Assembly (NCBI GenBank): GCA_963812655.1
Contig: CAWEWX010000077.1
Location: 18,660-82,659 of the forward strand
DNA length: 64,000 bases
Source of the DNA: an uncultured delta proteobacterium
GTDB taxonomy: Bacteria > Desulfobacterota > Desulfobaccia > Desulfobaccales > 0-14-0-80-60-11
Reading direction: 5' to 3'
Each line of letters begins with the position of its first letter. The stretch's first letter is position 1. The position numbers and the translations under genes are program-made. Below the pieces are notes generated by a model, which had not been told where the DNA came from, did not search any database, and saw nothing but the letters and a program-made list of their open reading frames with translations. This document shows, one piece after another, positions 1-7,369 of this stretch.

Positions 1-1
1 C

Positions 2-241
2 GAGCTTTACGACCTGGAGTTTGACGCGGTCTTCGGCGCCTGGCGGGGCATCCACCTGGAGGTGGAAACCGACACGGTGCACGTCACCTGGGAGACCATG
101 TATGCCGGACCGCCCCTGATGATTTCCATCTCCCGGAGCAGCGGCGCCATCAGAATGGACTTTCCCCGGGAGGAATTTCTGGAACTGGAGGAGGCGGAAA
201 TCGAGCGGCTCCGCCAGCAGCCGCCGAAGCGCCGGAGGTAA
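2..241 (+). CDS. 3' end of an unidentified protein-coding gene (partial, runs off left edge)
   Basis: Open frame from nt 2 to TAA at 239-241 (ELYDLEFDAVFGAWRGIHLEVETD...RLRQQPPKRRR*). G/C-rich third positions match neighbouring genes. Absent from the ORF track because there is no start in the window. No family recognised. Confidence 0.4.
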   Translation, partial: ELYDLEFDAVFGAWRGIHLEVETDTVHVTWETMYAGPPLMISISRSSGAIRMDFPREEFLELEEAEIERLRQQPPKRRR

Positions 242-333
242 GGGCGGAGGTCGGGAAACATAATCACTTTAGCCCGCAAGCTGTGAGACCTCTGCGGAAA
301 TTAATGGAAGCCCCAGGGAAAGGAGAGCTACCG

Positions 334-1197
334 ATGGATTGGGGAATGCAAAATCGCTTGGGCCAGCTTATGCCCAACGGCAAATGTTTTTTTATGCCGA
401 TTGACCATGGCTATTTTCAAGGGCCGACCCGGGGTCTGGAGAGGCCGGGAGAGACGGTAAAACCGCTGCTTCCTTATGTGGACGCCATCTTTTGCACCCG
501 GGGGGCCTTGCGTGCGGCCATCGATCCTCTGAACAGCAAACCGATTGTCCTGAGGGTGTCCGGATGCACCAGCATGGTGGGAGAGGATTTGGCCAACGAG
601 GAACTCACCACCTCCATCGAGGAGATTATTCGCTTGAACGTGGCTGCCGTGGGTCTCTCGGTCTTTATCGGCAGTCATTATGAAAAGGAAAGCCTGAAGA
701 ATCTGACCGACATGGTCAATGTCTGCGAGGATTTTGGCATCCCGGTGATGGCGGTTACCGCCGTGGGCCGGGAATTGGAGAAACGGGAGGCGCGTTACCT
801 GTCGCTAAGCTGTCGCGTGGCTGCGGAACTGGGCGCCAGGGTGGTTAAGACCTATTGGTGTAAAGATTTTGATAAGGTGGTTTACGGCTGTCCGGTTCCG
901 GTCATTATGGCCGGTGGGCCTAAGTGTGAGACGGAACTGGAGGTCCTGGAATTTGTTCATGATGGCATCACGAAGGGAGCGGTGGGGATCAACCTGGGCA
1001 GAAACGTCTGGCAGAGCCCTCATCCGGTGGCGATGGCCAAGGCCTTAAGGGCCATTGTTCATGACAAGGCTTCCGTCAAGCAAGCTCACGAAATCTTAAA
1101 GACAGAGCAAAGAAAAAAGAGCCGCCGTCAAGGCGTAAGATATCTATCAGGCAGAACCGCCGGGCGCGGCGGTCACCTGGTCATCTTGAGCGATTGA
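334..1197 (+). CDS. DeoC/LacD-family class I aldolase, LsrF-like
   Basis: MDWGMQNRLGQL...FMPIDHGYFQGPTRGLE parallels E. coli LsrF (LDWGMQSRLSRIF...AFDHGYFQGPTTGLE). GGAGAG lies before ATG 334; the track start GTG 283 is also possible. The last ~27 aa (Arg/Gly-rich) extend past where LsrF ends. Confidence 0.8.
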   Translation: MDWGMQNRLGQLMPNGKCFFMPIDHGYFQGPTRGLERPGETVKPLLPYVDAIFCTRGALRAAIDPLNSKPIVLRVSGCTSMVGEDLANEELTTSIEEIIRLNVAAVGLSVFIGSHYEKESLKNLTDMVNVCEDFGIPVMAVTAVGRELEKREARYLSLSCRVAAELGARVVKTYWCKDFDKVVYGCPVPVIMAGGPKCETELEVLEFVHDGITKGAVGINLGRNVWQSPHPVAMAKALRAIVHDKASVKQAHEILKTEQRKKSRRQGVRYLSGRTAGRGGHLVILSD

Positions 1198-1210
1198 CCT
1201 TCGGGCCCTG

Positions 1211-2234
1211 TTGGTTCGCCCCGATGACCTGTCTTCGTTCCGGGCTCGCATATGCTGGTCAGCCAGATACTACAACAATAACGATATCCGTCTGGAGGAA
1301 CTCCCCATCCCGAAGATCGGGCCGGGGGAGATTTTGGTAAAGGTGCGCGCCAGCGGCATTTGCGGCACCGATGTCATGGAATGGTACCGGATTAAAAAGG
1401 GTCCCCGGATTTTGGGCCATGAGATCGCCGGGGAGATCGTCGAGTCAAAATCCCGCCGCTACCAAAAAGGCCAGAGGGTCTTTGTCAGCCATCACGTGCC
1501 GTGCAATCAGTGCAAATACTGTCGGGCGGGAAACCATACGGCGTGCGATACCCTGCACCGGGGCAATTATGATCCCGGCGGCTATAGCGAATTTGTCCGG
1601 GCGCCCAAGATTAACGTCGATTACGGGGTGTATGTCTTGCCGGATCAGGTTTCCTATGCCGAAGGAACCATGATCGAACCGTTGGCCTGCGGGATACGAG
1701 GACTGAAGCTGCTCGATCTCCGGGAAGGCCACACCGTTCTGATTCTGGGCTGCGGGATCTCCGGCATCCTGAATATTCAATTGGCCAGAGTTAACCGGCG
1801 CCAGGGTGGTGGCCACCGATGTTAATGAGTATCGCTTAAGGAAGGCCAAAGAGTTTGGCGCCGATGAGGTGAGGCACGCCGATCAGGATCTAAATATTAA
1901 GGCGGAGAGGGTGATCGTCTGTACCGGAGCCTCCCGGGCGGTGGAGCAAGCCTTCCATTGTCTGGATAAGAAGGGGATTATTCTCCTCTTTGCCATCCCG
2001 AACCGGGATATTGCCCTTCCCATACCGGACTTTTGGAGAAATGAATTTACCGTGACCTCATCTTACGGCGCCGCCCCGGTCGATCTGGAAGAAGCGTTGC
2101 AATTCATTGCCGATAAGAAGATCAATGTCAAAGACACCATAACCCAGAAGCTGCCGTTGGCACGGATTCAGGAGGCCTTCAAGATTGTCAGCGAGGCCCA
2201 GGAATCCTTAAAGGTGGTGCTGGAGCTTAAGTAA
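1211..2234 (+). pseudogene. Zn-dependent MDR alcohol/threonine-type dehydrogenase, split by a +1 frameshift near 1787-1800
   Basis: ORF 1211-1825 carries the GroES-like/zinc part (GICGTDV, GHEIAGEIV, CNQCKYCRAGNHTAC) and the start of the Rossmann fold (LILGCGISG). ORF 1806-2234 continues in another frame with GARVVATDVNEYRLRKAKEFGAD. No in-frame ATG lies near the expected N-terminus. Confidence 0.7.
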
Positions 2235-2471
2235 ACCGAGCCGGCTCCTACGGACCATCGCACGTATTTCCCAAATTAAGCCCAATGCGGGGTTGGGTGC
2301 GGGCCGTCCTCATACACCTCGTAGGCCGCGGCCACTCATCCCGCCGTAGGGGCGGACCCAGGTGTGCGCCCCGACAAGACAGTCCATGCCACCCCCCCAA
2401 AGGCCCTTTCCCCTCGCAGGGGAGAAGGTGTTTGGAGCCGGTAGTCCCGGGCCTTTCCCCCCCTGATTTTT

Positions 2472-3644
2472 TTAGGCGGTGTGCTCTTTCTTGTAGAGGG
2501 GCGACATATCTCGCAGGGTCTGAACGATGCCCGGCATGACCTCCAGCACCCGCTCGATGTCGGCTGGGGTGGTCTCCCGGCCCAAGGTGAAGACCAGGGT
2601 GCCCTGGGCCAGGGCGAAGTCGAGGCCGGTGCCGATAAGGACGTGGGAGGCCCGGAGCGACCCCGAGGCGCAGGCGGAGCGGGTATTGACGATGATGCCC
2701 TCTTCTTCCAACATCATCATCAGGCTCTCACCTTCGACGTATGGCACCGAAACGGACAGGAGGTGGGGCAGGCAGCGGTCGGGATGGCCGTTGATCTTGA
2801 TCTCCGGGATGGTGGCCGCCAGTCCCTGGCGCAGGCGCTCTTTCAGGGCTTGCAGCCGGGGCAGGCGTTCCGGCATTTCCCTGGCCGCCAGTTCGGCGGC
2901 GGCGCCCAGGCCGACGATGCCCATCAGGTTTTCGGCGCCGGCCCGGCGCTTGTTCTCCTGGAGGCCGCCGTCCAGCAAGGGCCAGATGGGGGTGCCTTTG
3001 CGGATAAAGAGGGCCCCGACCCCGGGGGGACCGTAAAACGGGTTAGCCGCCAGACTCAGGAGGTTGACCCCCAGTTCCTGGACATCCACCGGGATGACGC
3101 CCACCGCGGCCACTGCGTCGGTGTGCAAGGCCACCTTGTGCTTCTTGGCGATCCCGGCGATCTCGGCGATGGGCTCGATAGTGCCGATCTCGTTGTTGGC
3201 CAACATGACGCTGATGAGGATGGTCTCGGGGGTGATGGCCTTTTCCACCGCCGCCGGGTCCACCAGGCCGTATCGGTCCACGTCCAGGGAGGTCACCCGG
3301 TAGTCCAGGAGGCGCAGGGTACGCAAGGAATTGAGCACGGATTTATGCTCGATATTGGAGGTGATCAGGTGGCGGCCCTTCTCCCGGAGGCCGATGGCCA
3401 CGCCCTTGATGGCGTGGTTGTTGGCCTCGGTGCCGCCGGAGGTGAAGACCACCTCCTTGGGGTCGGCGTTGATCAGCGCCGCTACCTGTCCCCGGGCCTT
3501 TTCCAGCGCCGCGGCGGCCGGCTGCCCCACCTGATTGTCCGTGGCAGGGTTGCCGAACACGGTCTCCAGGTGCCGGAGCATCGCCTCTTTGACCTGGGGA
3601 TGGATGGGCGCCGCGGACAGATAGTCCAGGTAGGTCAAGGACAT
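2472..3644 (-). CDS. NifS/IscS-family cysteine desulfurase homolog lacking the PLP-binding lysine
   Basis: Full-length class V aminotransferase/NifS similarity (FTSGGTEANN, TSNIEHKSV, catalytic loop RSACASGS). The canonical S-x-H-K site reads SLAANPFYGPPG and the DAxQ motif reads DAVAAVG. Checked directly on the DNA (GCG GCT AAC). Confidence 0.85.
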   Translation of the reverse strand: MSLTYLDYLSAAPIHPQVKEAMLRHLETVFGNPATDNQVGQPAAAALEKARGQVAALINADPKEVVFTSGGTEANNHAIKGVAIGLREKGRHLITSNIEHKSVLNSLRTLRLLDYRVTSLDVDRYGLVDPAAVEKAITPETILISVMLANNEIGTIEPIAEIAGIAKKHKVALHTDAVAAVGVIPVDVQELGVNLLSLAANPFYGPPGVGALFIRKGTPIWPLLDGGLQENKRRAGAENLMGIVGLGAAAELAAREMPERLPRLQALKERLRQGLAATIPEIKINGHPDRCLPHLLSVSVPYVEGESLMMMLEEEGIIVNTRSACASGSLRASHVLIGTGLDFALAQGTLVFTLGRETTPADIERVLEVMPGIVQTLRDMSPLYKKEHTA

Positions 3645-3674
3645 GATTTTAAAAAACCTCCCTCCCGCGGCCGG

Positions 3675-4193
3675 TTAATGATCGTGTTCGTGGGGCAGCT
3701 CCTGCCCGCAGGACATGCAGAAATGGGCCTCATCGTCCACCTTCATCTCGCAGTAGGGGCAGTAGCACTGGCCGGTGCCCTTGTGGTGCGGCTCCCGTTC
3801 GGCTTCGCCGCCCGCCGGCTTGCCGGCCAGGCGGTCCCGGTAGTTCCTGATGGCGGAGTGCAGGGCGTCGGCCCCCAGGTTGGAGCAGTGCAGCTTGTTG
3901 GGCGGCAGGCCGCCCAGGGCCGCGGCCACGTCGGCGTTGGTGATCTTCATGGCCTCTTCCAGGGTCTTGCCCTTGGCCATGGAGGTGATCATGCTGGAAA
4001 CCGCGATGGCCGCGCCGCAGCCGAAGGTCTTGAACTTGATGTCCTCGATGCGGTTGTCCGCCACCTTGATATAGACGTTCATTATGTCGCCGCACACCGG
4101 GTTGCCGACTTCGCCGATGCCATCGGCATCCAGGATTTCTCCGACATTGCGGGGATTCTTGAAATGTTCCAAAACTACGGGGGAATAAGCCAT
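3675..4193 (-). CDS. iscU: IscU/NifU-N-like Fe-S scaffold with C-terminal zinc-ribbon extension
   Basis: MAYSPVVLEHFKNPRNVG, GNPVCGD, FKTFGCGAAIA and LPPNKLHCSNL carry the three scaffold Cys. The tail has CPYCEMKVDDEAHFCMSCG (CxxC-x10-CxxC). GGAG lies 9 nt before ATG 4193. Sits immediately upstream of the nifS-like gene. Confidence 0.85.
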   Translation of the reverse strand: MAYSPVVLEHFKNPRNVGEILDADGIGEVGNPVCGDIMNVYIKVADNRIEDIKFKTFGCGAAIAVSSMITSMAKGKTLEEAMKITNADVAAALGGLPPNKLHCSNLGADALHSAIRNYRDRLAGKPAGGEAEREPHHKGTGQCYCPYCEMKVDDEAHFCMSCGQELPHEHDH

Positions 4194-4236
4194 GAGGCGC
4201 GACTCCAAATTTTTGATTAAACCAAATTTCTAATTA

Positions 4237-4265
4237 AATATAAGATTTGCCCGAAGATAAATCAA
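4237..4265 (-). promoter_or_regulatory. candidate sigma70-type promoter for iscU-nifS
   Basis: Minus strand reads TTGATT, a 17 nt spacer, then TATATT in the AT-rich divergent region. It is followed by two AATTTGG direct repeats before the RBS. Confidence 0.45.
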
Positions 4266-4539
4266 GGATAAGCCAAAGTAATCCGGCCAGTTATGAACCA
4301 AAGTTACTTTGGGCGGGGAATAATTCCCAGGGTTTGCCCAGTGGGAATCGCTGATAACACCTCGGCGAGCTCGCCGCGGCCGCCCCAGCCAAATTTTTTT
4401 AACCTTCCCAAGATTCTCAGAGAGCCCCGGCGTGGTATGATGATGGTTAAGGTAAATCCGGCATCCGGTAGCGAATGGGGGCGAGGGCCGGCAGCGCCCG
4501 CCGCGGTGGGCCGGGGCCGCCGGATAATGAGGAGGAAGG

Positions 4540-5058
4540 ATGCATTTTGACTGTCCCCTGGTGCTGGCGGATTTTCCGGCGGCAAAGCTTAGGCTGCAGA
4601 ACCGGGAGCCAGCCCGGCTAATTTGGGATGAACACGGGGGCACCTTCGTGCTGCGGGTGGAGGGCCTGGAGGTTTTGGAGCGCCCGGAACTCCAAGGGGA
4701 GGCGGGTATCTGGCTGGAGGCCGTCCTGCCCCCGCCCTCGTCCCTGGCCGGCCTGATCGAGGGTTTCGCCGCCCGGCACGAGCTGCGCCTGGAGCCGGCG
4801 CCGGCCGCGGCCGAACTCCTGGAGACCCCAATTCTGGCCGCCTGCCACCTTCCCGGCCAAAACCTCTTTATCTTTTGCGAAGCACCCCGGCTCACGGCAC
4901 GGCGCCCCAGCCCCCAGCGCCTGGAACTGCGGGTCAGCGGCGCCTTCCAGACCCGGCGGCTCCCAAGCCGGGAAGTGGACCTGGTCATCCACCTGACCAG
5001 GGCGTCCAGCTCCCGGCTGCTGGCAAGTCTGCTGGCTTGGAGCCGGAATGGGGGATAG
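4540..5058 (+). CDS. hypothetical protein (172 aa)
   Basis: Strong RBS (GAGGAGGAAGG) directly before ATG 4540. Balanced amino-acid composition and genome-like GC3. No family recognised. The overlapping minus-strand 295-aa ORF is Arg/Ser/Pro-rich and judged spurious. Confidence 0.55.
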   Translation: MHFDCPLVLADFPAAKLRLQNREPARLIWDEHGGTFVLRVEGLEVLERPELQGEAGIWLEAVLPPPSSLAGLIEGFAARHELRLEPAPAAAELLETPILAACHLPGQNLFIFCEAPRLTARRPSPQRLELRVSGAFQTRRLPSREVDLVIHLTRASSSRLLASLLAWSRNGG

Positions 5059-5186
5059 CAAATGGGCCCGCTTAAGGAAAGGGGCGGGGGGTCTCCAGGT
5101 GAGCCCGCGGAGGGCACGGGCGAAAAATAGTTTTCTCTGAAAATTCAATATTTGCTGAAGGAATTCCGGAGCCGTACTTTTCTTAG

Positions 5187-5256
5187 GGGTCAGGGATCAG
5201 AAAAAAACTGATCCCCACCCCCTAATCCCTTACTGCTTACTGCTCCCTGCTTACTG
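5187..5256 (-). repeat. phase-locked heptanucleotide array with embedded hairpin
   Basis: Minus strand, one nt after the thioesterase stop: CAGTAAG CAGGGAG CAGTAAG CAGTAAG GGATTAG GGGGTGG GGATCAG TTTTTTT CTGATCC CTGACCC. These are ten in-phase 7-mers. GGGATCAG/CTGATCCC form an 8 bp stem around a T7/A7 loop (5193-5215). Confidence 0.8.
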
Positions 5257-5257
5257 C

Positions 5258-5689
5258 TCACTTCTTAGCAAGGTGGATGTAAGTGCACATGGCCTTGGCC
5301 ACCAGGCGCTCCCCCTGGCGCACCTCCACTTCCCCCAGGGAGATGGTGCGGCCCCGCTTGGTGATGCGGGCCACCGCCTCCACTTCCCCCTCCTTCACCG
5401 CGGCCAGGAAATTGATCTTCATTTCCACGGTGTTGATGGTCTCCCCTGCCGGCACCAGGCTGTAGAGGGCGAAGGCCACCGTCTCGTCCGCCAGGGCGGC
5501 GATCATGCCGCCCTGCAACAGGCCGATGGAATTGGCCAGCTCCGGCTTGAAGGGTAAGAGGAAGCGGGCGTAGCCCCGCCCCAATTGCGGCGCCCGGATG
5601 CCCGCGAAGCGGATGAAGGGGTTGGCGGCCAGACGGGTGCGCAGCGCGGCTTCCACCTCCGGCGCCAGGGGTTCGATTTCGCTTGGCAT
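5258..5689 (-). CDS. PaaI-family hotdog-fold thioesterase
   Basis: 143 aa with the typical PaaI/4HBT pattern (FIRFAGIR..., GLLQGGMIAALADE, C-terminal beta-sheet region). Confidence 0.85.
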   Translation of the reverse strand: MPSEIEPLAPEVEAALRTRLAANPFIRFAGIRAPQLGRGYARFLLPFKPELANSIGLLQGGMIAALADETVAFALYSLVPAGETINTVEMKINFLAAVKEGEVEAVARITKRGRTISLGEVEVRQGERLVAKAMCTYIHLAKK

Positions 5690-5805
5690 AAGATTCTCCG
5701 CAAAAAATCTTTAACGCAGACACCCGGAGGGGCAGGTCGGTTTCTGGTTTTCCGTTGTCCGTTTTTTATTAGAAACTCGCCCAGGAGCGATAGGCGGCAC
5801 AACAT

Positions 5806-5995
5806 TGCGTGAAGAAACTAAACATCTCCAGGTTAAATCAGCATTGTAATTTCAACGATATCAACATATTATACCGATGTAACCAAATCTCTCCCCACGG
5901 GAGAGGAAAAAACTGTAAATTCCACGAATGATAGCTATTGGGCATGCCTAAGTCAAACATATCTCACAAAAGCAAAAACCTTGCCGGACACAATG
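5806..5995. repeat. dispersed intergenic repeat, family A, short copy
   Basis: Shares both flanks with 46630-46912: TGAAGAAACT(T)AAAC(T)ATCTC...CATTGTAATTTCAACGATATCAA...CCAAATC...GGGCATGCCTAAGT(C)CAAACATATCTC...AGCAAAAACCTT(G/T)CCGGACAC. The core is a single small hairpin CTCTCC-n5-GGAGAG. Confidence 0.8.
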
Positions 5996-6094
5996 GCCCA
6001 GCGGCCCAAACAAAAAAAACGAAACACGAATATCCGGGTCTCTATGGTAAAATATCTATAATCCAGGAAAATAACTAGCCACGGGAGATTATAC

Positions 6095-6859
6095 ATGAAA
6101 ATTGCCATCAGCGGCAAAGGCGGGGTGGGCAAGACCACCCTGGCGGCCCTGCTCATCAAATATTTTCAGGACCAGGGCAAAAAGGTGCTGGCGGTGGACG
6201 CCGACCCGGACGCCAATCTGGCCATGGCCCTGGGGGTCCCCGATCCGGAGAGCATCGTGCCCCTGAGCCAGATGAAAGAGATGGTGGCGGAGCGCACCGA
6301 ATCCCAGCCCGGCAAGATGGGGGGCTTCTTCAAGCTGAACCCCAAGGTGGATGACATCCCCGAGAAGTATGCCCGGCAACTGGACGGCGTCAAGCTCATC
6401 GTCATGGGCGGGGTGAAGAAGGGCGGCAGCGGCTGCATCTGCCCGGAGAGCGTGCTGCTGCGCACCCTGGTGACCCACATGGTGCTCCTCCGGGATGAAG
6501 TGGTGGTCATGGACATGGAGGCGGGGATCGAGCACCTGGGGCGGGCCACCGCCAAGGGGGTGGACTGGCTCATCGTGGTGGTGGAGCCGGGCCGCCGCAG
6601 CGTCGAGACGGCCGGGCACGTGCGGCGGCTGGCCGGAGACCTGGGACTGCACCGGGTGGCGGTGGTGGGCAATAAAATCCGCGGGGAGGCGGACGAAGCC
6701 TTCTTACGAAAACACCTGCCGGACCTCCCCTTCCTGGGCTTCATTCCCTTTGACGAAAGGATCATCGAAGCCGACCTGAAGGGCATCCCCCCCTATGAGG
6801 CCATCCCGGAGCTGTTGGAGGTGGCCGCGGCCATCGCCGGCAAGCTGAGCGCCGGGTAA
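6095..6859 (+). CDS. cooC: CooC-type Ni-insertion accessory ATPase (MinD/ParA superfamily)
   Basis: MKIAISGKGGVGKTT P-loop, CxC metal motif (GSGCICPE), about 254 aa. GGGAG RBS lies 8 nt before ATG 6095. No CODH gene is adjacent in the window. Confidence 0.85.
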   Translation: MKIAISGKGGVGKTTLAALLIKYFQDQGKKVLAVDADPDANLAMALGVPDPESIVPLSQMKEMVAERTESQPGKMGGFFKLNPKVDDIPEKYARQLDGVKLIVMGGVKKGGSGCICPESVLLRTLVTHMVLLRDEVVVMDMEAGIEHLGRATAKGVDWLIVVVEPGRRSVETAGHVRRLAGDLGLHRVAVVGNKIRGEADEAFLRKHLPDLPFLGFIPFDERIIEADLKGIPPYEAIPELLEVAAAIAGKLSAG

Positions 6860-7018
6860 GTGGTTGGGGAGGGGGGTAAGGGGGACCTCCCGAAGCGGGA
6901 CGCAGGCGCCACCGGCCCGCTTACCATCCACCCCCAAGGCCCGCGATCCCCGGATGGCGACCCGCCGGGTTGCCCTGGCTTTTACCGTGAAAACTTCAAA
7001 TCCTCTAAATCCAATACG

Positions 7019-7186
7019 GTTCACTTAAGCGGTTCTTTTCTAAGGAATTGGTGGGCAGTGCCCACCCTACATTTTTTGTCATGCATCGCTTCGCGACGCA
7101 TCTCGTATTTTGAGATTCTTCGGTCGCCTCCGGCTCCCTCAGAATGACAAGAAATAACCTCGTATCATCTTGGTGCTTAAGTGAAC
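7019..7186. mobile_element. MITE-like element bounded by perfect 12 bp inverted repeats
   Basis: GTTCACTTAAGC (7019-7030) and GCTTAAGTGAAC (7175-7186) are exact reverse complements. The interior holds a GGTGGGCAGTGCCCACC hairpin (7050-7066) and a GTCAT...CTCAGAATGAC long palindrome (7078-7148). No ORF and no clear target-site duplication. Confidence 0.55.
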
Positions 7187-7369
7187 AGCATTACCCCTAA
7201 ATCCCCCTTTTCCAAAGGGGGACTTTGAACCCCCCTTTGACAAAGGGGGGCAGGGGGGATTTTTCACCGCCGGGTGTGAGGCAGTAGTTATTAATGAACG
7301 TTTAGCTGATTAACCAAGTGTGAAAAAAGGCTCGACTTTCTTCCTGCCAGCTTCTAAGTTAATTCCGAG

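Noticed and set aside
2481-4220. 579-aa plus-strand ORF spanning the nifS/iscU region. Similar long ORFs lie at 10208-11956, 7310-8428, 12996-14345, 13306-14205, 14518-15807, 15996-17135, 17197-18504, 27397-28680, 37785-38972, 51342-52616 and 58946-60433.
   Set aside because: All lie antisense to, or out of frame with, genes that have clear family signatures. Their products are Gly/Arg/Pro/Ala/His-rich low-complexity strings, typical of shadow ORFs in GC-rich DNA.
4230-5117. 295-aa minus-strand ORF overlapping the hypothetical gene at 4540-5058.
   Set aside because: Arg/Ser/Pro-rich with no RBS. The plus-strand ORF has a strong RBS and a balanced composition.
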